From positions 1 to 64,000 of IMG/VR virus record IMGVR_UViG_3300031787_000065: a stretch of 64,000 bases of DNA; one strand, written 5' to 3'. Under the pieces are notes generated by a model. That model was not told the origin of the DNA. It searched no databases and saw only the letters and a program-made list of their open reading frames with translations. This document shows, piece after piece, positions 1-9,039 of the stretch. Both the position numbers and the translations under genes were made by a program. Origin of the DNA: a virus. Every line of letters starts with the position of its first letter. The stretch's first letter is position 1.

Positions 1-275
1 TTAAAGCTACGGTTAATGCTATTACTAGAGAAGAATCAGAAGTAGCCATTATACCAGACGTAAGATTTCCTAATGAGGTAGAAGCGATAAAGAAAATAGG
101 TGGCACTATGATTAGGCTAACACGAAATATCCATTATAGTAACCATGAGTCAGAAGTAGCTTTAGATAAAGATAACTTTGATTGGAACAATTTTGATCTT
201 ATTCTTGATAATGAAGATCTAAAAATAGAGCAGCTATCTGAACTACTAAAACACAACTCTAGAATTTGGCTATAA
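1..275 (+). CDS. deoxynucleoside monophosphate kinase, 3' part (5' end outside window)
   Basis: Frame 3 reads KATVNAITREESEVAIIPDVRFPNEVEAIKKIGG...HESE to TAA at 273-275; DVRFxNE and HxSE are typical of phage dNMP kinases. Confidence 0.85.
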   Translation, partial: KATVNAITREESEVAIIPDVRFPNEVEAIKKIGGTMIRLTRNIHYSNHESEVALDKDNFDWNNFDLILDNEDLKIEQLSELLKHNSRIWL

Positions 276-277
276 TC

Positions 278-293
278 CGTGTATAGTATTGTG
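278..293 (+). promoter_or_regulatory. putative phage (late-type) promoter motif CGTGTATA-N6-TG
   Basis: One of six intergenic copies of (C/A)GTGTATW-N6-TR, each oriented toward the downstream gene. Confidence 0.6.
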
Positions 294-321
294 TATCTCC
301 GTCCCTTTATGGAAACACAAT

Positions 322-1008
322 ATGAAACTAAAAGAACTTTTAACCAAAGAATTCTTAGAAGAGCATTATATCAAACAGCGAAAAAGTATACAAACCATAG
401 CCGATGAATATAATATAAAATCTAGGAATTCTATTACCCAATATATTAAAAAATATGGATTATCCAGATCAAGCCTTAAAGATAGTTCATCAATATTAAC
501 AAAAGAATTCTTAGAAGAATATTATGTAAGACAAAATCTCAGTTTAAAAGACGTAGCGGTTATGGCTGGATTTCAAAGGAAAACAATCGTAAAAAAGGCT
601 CTAAAGAAACATAATATACCAGAAAGGGAACATACAAAAAGCAAGAAATTACAAAACGCAATTTTTAATAGAAGAATACATCCAGTCATACCGTCTAGAT
701 ATTTTAATTCTATATATCATAATGCTAAAAGAAGAAATCTAGAATTTGAAATAACTATTGATGATATGTGGGAACAGTTTACTAAACAATTAGGAAAGTG
801 CGCTTTGTCTGATATAACTTTAGAATTTCCATCATTTGGAGATAAGGCTACTGTTCAAACGGCGTCATTAGATAGAATTAATAGTGATATAGGATATTTT
901 AAAGACAATATACAATGGCTACATAAAGATGTTAATAAAATGAAATGGGAACTTGGTCAAGAAAGATTTCTAGAACTATGCAAAATTATAACCAATAAGG
1001 GGCAGTAA
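322..1008 (+). CDS. HNH-like homing endonuclease with duplicated N-terminal HTH-like repeats
   Basis: Two LTKEFLEExYxxQ repeats; C-terminal KCALS...SLDRINSDIGY..DNIQW.HKDVNKMK. ATG 322 preferred over TTG 289. Confidence 0.75.
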   Translation: MKLKELLTKEFLEEHYIKQRKSIQTIADEYNIKSRNSITQYIKKYGLSRSSLKDSSSILTKEFLEEYYVRQNLSLKDVAVMAGFQRKTIVKKALKKHNIPEREHTKSKKLQNAIFNRRIHPVIPSRYFNSIYHNAKRRNLEFEITIDDMWEQFTKQLGKCALSDITLEFPSFGDKATVQTASLDRINSDIGYFKDNIQWLHKDVNKMKWELGQERFLELCKIITNKGQ

Positions 1009-2034
1009 ATGTTATGTACTTACGTTAGAAGCTCATCGTATAATCAATATAATTATTGTCAGATGAGTTATTTTATTACATATAATCTTGGATTCAATCC
1101 TCCTTCTGGTAAACGTGCGGATATTGGAACCATAGTTCATAAAGTTATGGAAATGTTAGCGAGGTTCAAAAAGGAGATCCAAGATAACCCAAAAGCAAAA
1201 AAGATAGAATTATTAGACGATGCTCTAGGGACTGTCTCTACGACAAAAAGCAATTTTTTAAAAGAGAGTATAGTGAGTGATTTATTAGATGCTAGTTTTG
1301 ATTACTACACTAAACGATCTAGCCATAACACATTTTCAAAAAAGGATAAAGACGAATGTTTAGCCATGTGCTGGTCTGCCTTAAACTATAATGATGGTCA
1401 ATTTGATCCAAGAAATAGAAACATAGTGGCGGCAGAGCCACATTTTGACATACCAATAGAAGAAGATTGGGCTAAGTATGAATATACATTTCCAGACGGT
1501 AGAACGATAAAGGGTCAACTGGCTATCAAAGGCACCATAGACCTTGTTACAGAGTCTAGCGATGGTATTATAGAAGTGGTAGACTGGAAAACTGGGCGTA
1601 GGCTGGATTGGGCTACAGGCGAAGAAAAAACATATGAAAAATTATGTTCAGATCCACAGCTATTGCTTTATAATTATGCCATATCTAAACTTTTTCCAGA
1701 CTATAAACAATCTATCATGTCAATATTCTTCATAAAAGACGGTGGTCCATTTTCTATGTGTTTTGATAAAGAGGAACACTCTAAGTTTTTAGAGATGTTA
1801 AAAGATAAATTCGAAGATATAAAAAACAATAATAGGCCACAGCCACTATCTCAGTCTAGAGAAAGCTGGAAATGTACGAAACTTTGCCATTATTATAAAA
1901 ATAATTGGCCAGATAGCGATAAGAACATTTGCCAATATGTGGATGATCATATACAATTATACGGCATAGATAGCACAATAAAGAAATGTACCAAGGATGG
2001 GTTTGATATAGGATACTATTCCGCACCGGGGTGA
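1009..2034 (+). CDS. PD-(D/E)xK exonuclease, Cas4/AddB-like with probable Fe-S cysteines
   Basis: GTIVH, GTIDLV, VVDWKTG and QLLLY motifs; one N-terminal Cys (YNYCQ) plus three C-terminal Cys (KCTKLCHY...IC). Confidence 0.85.
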   Translation: MLCTYVRSSSYNQYNYCQMSYFITYNLGFNPPSGKRADIGTIVHKVMEMLARFKKEIQDNPKAKKIELLDDALGTVSTTKSNFLKESIVSDLLDASFDYYTKRSSHNTFSKKDKDECLAMCWSALNYNDGQFDPRNRNIVAAEPHFDIPIEEDWAKYEYTFPDGRTIKGQLAIKGTIDLVTESSDGIIEVVDWKTGRRLDWATGEEKTYEKLCSDPQLLLYNYAISKLFPDYKQSIMSIFFIKDGGPFSMCFDKEEHSKFLEMLKDKFEDIKNNNRPQPLSQSRESWKCTKLCHYYKNNWPDSDKNICQYVDDHIQLYGIDSTIKKCTKDGFDIGYYSAPG

Positions 2035-2894
2035 TCATGAACAAATTATTAACAATAGGCATGGCGACATATGATGATTTTGATGGAGTGTTTTTCTCCG
2101 TACAGTCTCTTCGTATGCACCATAAGATATGTAATACAGATGATGTAGAATTCATTATATTAGATAATAATCCAAGTAGTTCTCACGGACAGGCTTGTAA
2201 AAACTTCTCTAGCAGTTCTGAGAATATAAAATATATAGAATATAATGCAGTTCCTAGCTCATTTAATAAATACCGCATAGTAGATTACGCTAGTGGTAAA
2301 TATGTACTTATTATAGATTGTCACGTATTATTAGCAGATGGAGCAATTGATAAACTGCTATCTTATTATTATGAAAATGATAATTGTAAGAACCTAATAC
2401 AAGGCCCACTGCTATACGATGATTTACATAACATATCAACTCATTTTAATCCACAGTGGAGCGGTGATATGTATGGCGTGTGGGCAACCAATCTAGAAGC
2501 CTATAATAAAGGAGAACCGTTCGCCATACCTATGCAGGGAATGGGCCTTCTTTCGTTTGAAAAATCAGCTTGGAAGGGTATTAATCCTCACTTCAAAGGG
2601 TTTGGTGGAGAAGAGGGTTATATAGCAGAAAAGTTTAGACAGTGGGGAGGAACAAATATATGTTTACCATCCTTACAGTGGAATCATAGGTTTGGAAGGC
2701 CCAACGGAGTAAAATATCCATTAATATTAGAGGATAGAATCTGGAACTATTTTGTAGGGTGGCTTGAAATAACTCAAGACCCACACCACCCTATGATTAA
2801 AAGTATATATGAGTATTTCTCAAATAGAATACCGCTGTGGAGTTTAGACAACATTTTACAAAACGCAAAGAATACTATTTTAACAAAGGAGTAA
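2031..2894 (+). CDS. glycosyltransferase, GT2/GT-A fold
   Basis: LTIGMATYDD, IILDNN, ASGKYVLIIDCH (DxD-like), FKGFGGEE. Confidence 0.85.
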   Translation: MIMNKLLTIGMATYDDFDGVFFSVQSLRMHHKICNTDDVEFIILDNNPSSSHGQACKNFSSSSENIKYIEYNAVPSSFNKYRIVDYASGKYVLIIDCHVLLADGAIDKLLSYYYENDNCKNLIQGPLLYDDLHNISTHFNPQWSGDMYGVWATNLEAYNKGEPFAIPMQGMGLLSFEKSAWKGINPHFKGFGGEEGYIAEKFRQWGGTNICLPSLQWNHRFGRPNGVKYPLILEDRIWNYFVGWLEITQDPHHPMIKSIYEYFSNRIPLWSLDNILQNAKNTILTKE

Positions 2895-2896
2895 AT

Positions 2897-3919
2897 ATGC
2901 CAATACCATCTAGAGAAAATGAAGAAAATAAAGACAGTTTTATGGCACGATGCATGAGTAGTGAAAAGATGAAGACTGAGTATCCAGATCAGTCACAAAG
3001 AGTAGCTGTTTGTATGCAGCAAGCAACATCGTCGTGCGGACCAATTGAAGCCGCCGACATTGAGCTACAGCTTGAATGTGGCTATGTAGAAGATCTAAAC
3101 GAAGATAATTTTTATATTCCAACAACGGCTGAGTATGAAGACTTTGGTGAAGAAACGGAAGAGTGGGATGTTGCTACAGCAAAGCCTGGACTATGGGAAA
3201 ATATTAGAAAGAAAAAGGAAAGACTTGGTGATAATTATAAGCCAGCCAAGCCGGGAGATCCAGATAGACCAAATAAAGATGCTTTTAAGAAAGCTCAATC
3301 TAGTGGCGACGAAATGGCTCTAGAACAAATTCAAAAGATGCACGATCAACTAATGGAAATTGTTTCTAAGCTACAAACACTATCTTTATCTGTAGAATTT
3401 CAAGATTGGACAAAAGATATGATTTCGAAGGCAGAAATTTATATCCAAAATGTTTATGATTTTGTAAAGTATTATGAACCCGGAAAGTATGAAGACGAAG
3501 AAGAGACAGACAAAGAAGAAACGGAAGATACTGAGGATACAGAAGAGGAAGACGATACAGAAACAGAAGCTAAATTTGAATATAGAGATCCTAAAACTGG
3601 AGAAATCTATCTATATAGAAGACCTGGGATTTATGAGAAGGATGGTCGCATGCTTGTATATCTAGGCCAAGCTTCTGAGTATCAAGGACGAAAGGTGACT
3701 TTAAATAAGCCCTTTAGAACACCCAAAGGTCCAAAGAAGTTTGCAGTATATGTTAAGAATGAAAGCGGAAATGTTGTTATTGTTAGATTTGGCGATCCAA
3801 ATATGACTATCAAGAAGAACATTCCAGAACGAAGAAAGAGCTTTAGGGCGCGTCATAATTGTGATAATCCTGGTCCAAAGTGGAAGGCTAGGTACTGGAG
3901 TTGCCAGTGGTCTTGGTAA
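2897..3919 (+). CDS. modular protein of small phage domains joined by acidic linkers (possible internal head protein)
   Basis: SD AAGGAG before ATG 2897; modules MPIP..FMARCM..QRVAVC, KPGLWENIRKKK, DWTKDMISKAEIY and EYQGRKVTLNKP...SFRARHNC...ARYWSC. Confidence 0.6.
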   Translation: MPIPSRENEENKDSFMARCMSSEKMKTEYPDQSQRVAVCMQQATSSCGPIEAADIELQLECGYVEDLNEDNFYIPTTAEYEDFGEETEEWDVATAKPGLWENIRKKKERLGDNYKPAKPGDPDRPNKDAFKKAQSSGDEMALEQIQKMHDQLMEIVSKLQTLSLSVEFQDWTKDMISKAEIYIQNVYDFVKYYEPGKYEDEEETDKEETEDTEDTEEEDDTETEAKFEYRDPKTGEIYLYRRPGIYEKDGRMLVYLGQASEYQGRKVTLNKPFRTPKGPKKFAVYVKNESGNVVIVRFGDPNMTIKKNIPERRKSFRARHNCDNPGPKWKARYWSCQWSW

Positions 3920-3946
3920 ACTTAGATTTTTTTTACCAGTTTTTAT

Positions 3947-3975
3947 TCCTCCATCGTGTATAATACGGTGGAGGA
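3947..3975 (+). promoter_or_regulatory. RBS-occluding hairpin overlapping the CGTGTATA promoter motif
   Basis: TCCTCCATCGT(gtataat)ACGGTGGAGGA: 11-13 bp stem pairing the GGAGGA SD of ATG 3985; motif at 3955-3962. Confidence 0.75.
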
Positions 3976-3984
3976 TGAATTAAA

Positions 3985-4845
3985 ATGAAAATCTACATTT
4001 ATGGTTTATACAAGGCTAATTTTGACTATACTACTAACAGTATAGATTCGGGATTATTTTATATAGGAATCACAAAAGACATAAAAACAAGAATATCATC
4101 ACATAAAAGCGCCGATGCAAATCCCTTAAAAAAAGCGTATATGAATAAATATGGATTTTTTGTAAGAGTTTTATACGAATGCTCTTCATATGAAGAGGCA
4201 TTAGAAAGAGAAAGTTTTCTAATTAGATGGTTTGGGAAAATATCAGATGATACTGGCATATTAACAAATATACTTATAGAATCTACAGATATATGTACAT
4301 ATAATCTTGGACAAAAATTTTCTTCAGACCACAAAGCAAAAATGTCTAATGCTTGCTCAACAAGGGGCGATTCATATTGGCAAGAACAAAGAGAAAAGAG
4401 GCTATCTTTGCCTCTAGACGAAATACATAAAATTTTAAAAGAATGGGAAGAGTCTTTTCCAGTAAATAAAAATATCTGCAAAAAATATGGCATTAAGCAA
4501 AATGTTTTTAATTGGTGGATCAGAAAATATAGACCAGATTTAAGAAATCTGACATTTGAAAATAGAAAAAAACATATAGAAAAAATGAATTCATTAGGGC
4601 TAAGCCAAATAGACTATTCAAAATTAATTGGAGTTGATCATAGAACTGTATCTCTATGGTATTGCAAATATGTAAGAGACAATATAGAAATTAAGCCCAA
4701 AAAATCTGTTAAAGATTTAGAATATAAAAAACAAAAATATGAAGAATGGATGAGTTCTGGTTTGTCAAAACGTGATTTCTGTAGTAATAATAATATTAAC
4801 TATAGCTCATTTAAAGCTTGGAAAAAGTACTATGAAGAATATTAA
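3985..4845 (+). CDS. GIY-YIG homing endonuclease with NUMOD3-like and HTH DNA-binding modules
   Basis: YIYGL...FYIGIT...R...H, E..ALERESFLI, GILTN; FSSDHKAKMS (NUMOD3-like); C-terminal HTH-like repeats. Confidence 0.85.
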   Translation: MKIYIYGLYKANFDYTTNSIDSGLFYIGITKDIKTRISSHKSADANPLKKAYMNKYGFFVRVLYECSSYEEALERESFLIRWFGKISDDTGILTNILIESTDICTYNLGQKFSSDHKAKMSNACSTRGDSYWQEQREKRLSLPLDEIHKILKEWEESFPVNKNICKKYGIKQNVFNWWIRKYRPDLRNLTFENRKKHIEKMNSLGLSQIDYSKLIGVDHRTVSLWYCKYVRDNIEIKPKKSVKDLEYKKQKYEEWMSSGLSKRDFCSNNNINYSSFKAWKKYYEEY

Positions 4846-4847
4846 AA

Positions 4848-5057
4848 ATGAACCTATACCAAAAATGGATTAACCATTTAAGAGACAATCATATGACTTA
4901 CCGTGAGCATCTAATGTTCGCGGTGGGTCATGGGTTTCTTTGCTGTATAGCTGGCATAATGTTAATAATACACGGATTTCTTCCGTGTTTTTTTGAACAC
5001 ACAGGGTCAAGTTTAGTTAGAAAATTAAAGATATCATTTGACAAACATAGAAGGTGA
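4848..5057 (+). CDS. small membrane protein, DUF6356-like
   Basis: HL...MTYREHLMFA...IIHGFLPCFFEHTGS pattern around a hydrophobic segment. Confidence 0.65.
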   Translation: MNLYQKWINHLRDNHMTYREHLMFAVGHGFLCCIAGIMLIIHGFLPCFFEHTGSSLVRKLKISFDKHRR

Positions 5058-5059
5058 CA

Positions 5060-5088
5060 TTGCGTTTGGTTGCGGTTTTGAGTATAAT
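5060..5088 (+). promoter_or_regulatory. sigma70-type promoter upstream of the DNA polymerase genes
   Basis: TTGCGT (5060-5065), 17 bp spacer, TATAAT (5083-5088); AAGGAG SD before TTG 5121. Confidence 0.7.
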
Positions 5089-5120
5089 CTGTTGCACACG
5101 GTTGATAAAGGAGTTGACAT

Positions 5121-6740
5121 TTGAACTGGTTCCCTCTTAAAAATTTGACACACTATAGTTTGCTAAAAGGTTTTTCTAAACCAGAAGAACTTGCTACAAA
5201 GTGTAAAGAAAATGCTTATCCCGCCTGTGGGTTATGTGATTATAAAACAATATCTGGAGCAGTAGCTTTTTATCAAGCTTGTAAAAGCTCTGGAATTAAG
5301 CCCATTATTGGATGCTCATTTGATGGGTATATTCTCTTTGCTAAGAATAAAAATGGTTGGCACGATTTGATAGAGCTTGTATCGTCAATAGACTCGGACG
5401 GCTCTTTATCTAATGATATATTGAACAAGGTGCTAAAGGGCAATAACTTAATAAAGTTATCTGATACTCCCACTTCATCTATGCCAATCAGTTATTATAC
5501 AAAGCAAAGTGATGCCATATACCATAGAATTCTTTTATGCTCAGAGATGAAAACAACGTTGCCCAAAATACACAAACAAATCAGAAAAGATAAGAATAAT
5601 AGCATAAATGTTGATTCATCATTTCCCAAAGAACACTATGATAAATTAAACTATTTTCTTTCGGATAAGTTTTACGTGCTGAATAATGAAGAGTCTAAAG
5701 ACTTAGACACAAAACAATTAGAGGAAATATACAGCCAGTGTGAAGATTATAATATTCTAAATAAGCCCATGTTACCAAAGTTTGACTGCCCAAGAGGACT
5801 ATCAGAAGAAGATTACCTTAAAGAATTGTGCAGAGTAGGATGGAAAAAGCTTTTAATACAAACTGGTAAGGTAAAAGATCCAGATAAGAAAAAGCTATAT
5901 GCAGATAGATTTAATGAGGAATTAAACGTTATAAAAGACGCTAATCTGTTCGGATACTTTCTCATTGTGCAAGATATTATCAGCTATGTTAATAAGCAGG
6001 GGTGGTTGTCTGGACCCGGAAGAGGCAGTGCCGCTGGTTGCTTAATATCATACTTAATTGGTATCACGCAGATTGACCCAATTGAATATGACTTACTATT
6101 TGCACGATTTTATAATGCGGGAAGAAACACTGCGGATCACGTATCTTTGCCAGATATTGATATGGACGTTCCCGGCAAACGACGCGACGAAGTTATTGCT
6201 TATTTAAAGAATAAGTATGGACATGAGCATGTTAGCCAAATGATCACATTTGGCAGACTGCAAGGACGAAGTGCCATTAAAGAAGTATTAAGAGTACATG
6301 AGGCTTGTTCGTTCACTGAAATGAATGCTATTACAAAGAATGTACCAAATGAAGCAGAGATTTCAGATCAATTAGCAGACATGGAAGACGAAGATAGATC
6401 AATCATAAGATGGGCATTAATAAATAGGCCGCAGGAACTACAAGATTTTTGTTCTATTAATGAAAACGGAGAGCTTGAAGGTCAGTATGCTGAATATTTT
6501 AAACAAGCTATTGAGATAGAAGGCACATTCAAAACTCAAGGTAAACACGCTGCCGGTGTTGTAATTTCGGCAAAGCCGCTACAACAAGTTTGCCCCATGT
6601 CTAGACAAAGAGACTCTGATGAAAAAATTGCAGGATTAGAAATGGCTGATCTAGAAGCTTTGGGCCATGTAAAGTTCGACGTTTTAGGACTTTCGCTTCT
6701 TGACAAGATAATGTACATAAAGGAGATAATCAATGGCTAA
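5121..6740 (+). CDS. dnaE: DNA polymerase III alpha, N-terminal half (degenerate PHP plus catalytic palm)
   Basis: THYSLLKG, GPGRGSAAG, LLFARFYN, PDIDMD, HAAGVVI, KFDVLGL; ends just after the third catalytic Asp. Confidence 0.93.
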   Translation: MNWFPLKNLTHYSLLKGFSKPEELATKCKENAYPACGLCDYKTISGAVAFYQACKSSGIKPIIGCSFDGYILFAKNKNGWHDLIELVSSIDSDGSLSNDILNKVLKGNNLIKLSDTPTSSMPISYYTKQSDAIYHRILLCSEMKTTLPKIHKQIRKDKNNSINVDSSFPKEHYDKLNYFLSDKFYVLNNEESKDLDTKQLEEIYSQCEDYNILNKPMLPKFDCPRGLSEEDYLKELCRVGWKKLLIQTGKVKDPDKKKLYADRFNEELNVIKDANLFGYFLIVQDIISYVNKQGWLSGPGRGSAAGCLISYLIGITQIDPIEYDLLFARFYNAGRNTADHVSLPDIDMDVPGKRRDEVIAYLKNKYGHEHVSQMITFGRLQGRSAIKEVLRVHEACSFTEMNAITKNVPNEAEISDQLADMEDEDRSIIRWALINRPQELQDFCSINENGELEGQYAEYFKQAIEIEGTFKTQGKHAAGVVISAKPLQQVCPMSRQRDSDEKIAGLEMADLEALGHVKFDVLGLSLLDKIMYIKEIING

Positions 6741-7413
6741 TAGGGACTATATTGTATTCGACTTTGAAACTGGTTCTCGTAATCCACACAAAACACAGCC
6801 AACGCAAATAGCTGCATTAGCTCTTGATGGAAGAAATTTTGCTGTGAAGGGTCAATTTAACAGTGAAATTAGACCCATATTTGATGATGAAGAAGCCATA
6901 GCGGCTGGATATGATCCAATTGAAGACGAAGCACTAAAACTTACTGGCAAAACAAGAGAAAAACTAGCAGAGGCTCCACACGTTAAGGCGGTATGGTCTA
7001 AGTTTACAAAATTTGTTAGTCAGTATAACTGGAAGGGTGACGCTTTCTTTAATCCTATTCCGGTTGGTTTTAATATCCTCGGCTTTGATATGATTATCAT
7101 AAACAGACTCTGTAGGGAGTTTGGGCCTTGGGATAAGGAAAGAGAACAGCAGAAGATATTCAGTAAAGTTTATAAGATAGATATTATGGATAATATATTT
7201 GCGTGGACAGAAAGCGATCCATCAGTACGATCAATCAGTATGGATGCCATGCGAGAAAGAATGGGTCTTAGCACAGAAAACGCTCACGACGCTTTGCAAG
7301 ACGTAAAGGACGAAGCTAATATCTTTATTAAGCTAATGAAGACACATAGATCAGTATATCAGAATATTACATTTGATAAAGCTTTTGCAAATGGTGGATT
7401 ATATGTCAAGTAG
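6733..7413 (+). CDS. DEDDh 3'-5' exonuclease (DnaQ/epsilon-like)
   Basis: ExoI FDFETG, ExoII GFNILGFD, ExoIII HDALQD; own AGGAG SD. Confidence 0.9.
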   Translation: MANRDYIVFDFETGSRNPHKTQPTQIAALALDGRNFAVKGQFNSEIRPIFDDEEAIAAGYDPIEDEALKLTGKTREKLAEAPHVKAVWSKFTKFVSQYNWKGDAFFNPIPVGFNILGFDMIIINRLCREFGPWDKEREQQKIFSKVYKIDIMDNIFAWTESDPSVRSISMDAMRERMGLSTENAHDALQDVKDEANIFIKLMKTHRSVYQNITFDKAFANGGLYVK

Positions 7414-8980
7414 TGTAGATATCAGCTATAATGATGCTCAAACTTGGAAGCTATTTGCAGAAGGCAAAACCAAGGGCATTTTTCAGCTAGAAAGCAATCT
7501 TGGAAAGTCTTGGTCTAAAAAGCTAGCACCAACTAGCATAGAAGAATTATCTGCACTTATCGCTATTATTAGGCCGGGAACATTAAAGGCTTATATAGAT
7601 GGCAAGAGTATGACGCAAATCTATGTAGATAGAAAGCATGGAAGAGAAGAAGTATCTTACTTGCACCCATCTCTAGAAGACATATTAAAGCCAACATATG
7701 GTGTTCTAGTATACCAAGAACAATCCATGCGTATAGCTGAGAAAATTGCTGGATTTAATCTTCAAGAGGCTGACTTGCTTAGAAAAGCTATTGGTAAGAA
7801 AAAGGCTGATCTTATGAATCAAGTAAAAAAGTCTTTTATAGAGGGTGCAGAAAAGAGGGGCATTGTGACTAAAGAAGAGGCGGAAGAAATCTTTGGATGG
7901 ATTGAAAAGTCTTCTAGATATGCTTTCAATAAGTCTCACAGTGTATCATACGCCGTATGTTCTTACTGGAGTGCTTACCAAAAGGCTCATCATACTAAAG
8001 AATTCTTTTTATCTTACTTGTATTATGCCAATGAAAAACAAGACCCTCATCAAGAAATATATGAGTTAATTTCGGAAGCTAAACTTTTTGATATTGGTGT
8101 TAAGACTCCCAATATAGTTAAATTTGGTTCCAAGTTTAATATTGACAAAGATACAATCTTCTTTGGTATTAAAGATGTTAAGTCATTAACTGGAAAAACT
8201 GGAGATAAAGTCATAGAAGCAATAGCGGAAGCGGAAGCAAAGCTGAGCAAGAAAGTCAGTAATTTTTCTTGGCTTGAAGTGTTACTATTTTTCTCTCCAC
8301 TAATTAGTTCAACAGCTTTTAAGGCTTTAGCTTCTATAGGATTTTTTAGAGGATTTAAGGATAGAATAACAAGAAATAAAGCTTTATATGACTATGAAAT
8401 TTTTAGAACTTTGACAAAAACAGAACAATCTTGGTTAGAAAATAATTATCAATCTAAAAAGTGGACAAATTTTATAGACTGTTTGAAAGATTTATCTCCA
8501 GTGAAAAAAGAGGGCGGTGGAACTAGTAGTATTGTCCGAAAGCAAGCTATAGAAAATGAGATTCAGCTATTAATTAGTCCACCGTATTCTCTAGAAGATG
8601 ATCCAAGCTGGGTTATTGATCAAGAAGTAAAATTCTTGGGATGTCCAGTTAGTCTAACAAAAATAGAAACATCTGACACTTCTGCGGCCAATACAACTTG
8701 TAAAGAAATTGTCAATGGTAAAAAGGGGAAGGACTTGTGCATAGTAGCCAATGTCCAAAGAGTTTCGGATTATAAGATTAAAAAGGGCGAGTCTAAGGGG
8801 CAAACCATGTCATTTCTAACAATAGAGGATGACACATGCTTACTAGACAGCGTAATCGTTTTCCCAAAAGTAAAAGATAAATATAAGTATATTTTATATG
8901 AGGGTAATAATTTAATTTTCTGTGGTTCTGTAAGTGACCAAGATAGCTCTTTTATTGTCAATCAGATTCATGAAATTTAG
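7403..8980 (+). CDS. dnaE: DNA polymerase III alpha, C-terminal half (fingers, HhH, OB)
   Basis: GIFQLES, IRPG, TYGVLVYQEQ, ADLLRKAIGKKK, YAFNKSHS; C-terminal OB region (MSFLTIEDDT..VIVFP). ATG 7403 overlaps the end of the exonuclease gene. Confidence 0.93.
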   Translation: MSSSVDISYNDAQTWKLFAEGKTKGIFQLESNLGKSWSKKLAPTSIEELSALIAIIRPGTLKAYIDGKSMTQIYVDRKHGREEVSYLHPSLEDILKPTYGVLVYQEQSMRIAEKIAGFNLQEADLLRKAIGKKKADLMNQVKKSFIEGAEKRGIVTKEEAEEIFGWIEKSSRYAFNKSHSVSYAVCSYWSAYQKAHHTKEFFLSYLYYANEKQDPHQEIYELISEAKLFDIGVKTPNIVKFGSKFNIDKDTIFFGIKDVKSLTGKTGDKVIEAIAEAEAKLSKKVSNFSWLEVLLFFSPLISSTAFKALASIGFFRGFKDRITRNKALYDYEIFRTLTKTEQSWLENNYQSKKWTNFIDCLKDLSPVKKEGGGTSSIVRKQAIENEIQLLISPPYSLEDDPSWVIDQEVKFLGCPVSLTKIETSDTSAANTTCKEIVNGKKGKDLCIVANVQRVSDYKIKKGESKGQTMSFLTIEDDTCLLDSVIVFPKVKDKYKYILYEGNNLIFCGSVSDQDSSFIVNQIHEI

Positions 8981-9039
8981 TTTGATAGTGTGTTTTTTTC
9001 TTTTGTAGTTGCTAATATATTAAGATCAAGGAGAGTTCA

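Noticed and set aside
3490-3570. GAAGA-rich DNA repeat
   Set aside because: Explained by the Glu/Asp/Thr-rich linker it encodes
6700-7450. Split intein or group I intron joining the dnaE halves
   Set aside because: No C/S-start or HN-C intein termini, and no non-coding space; the gap is filled by an intact DEDDh gene
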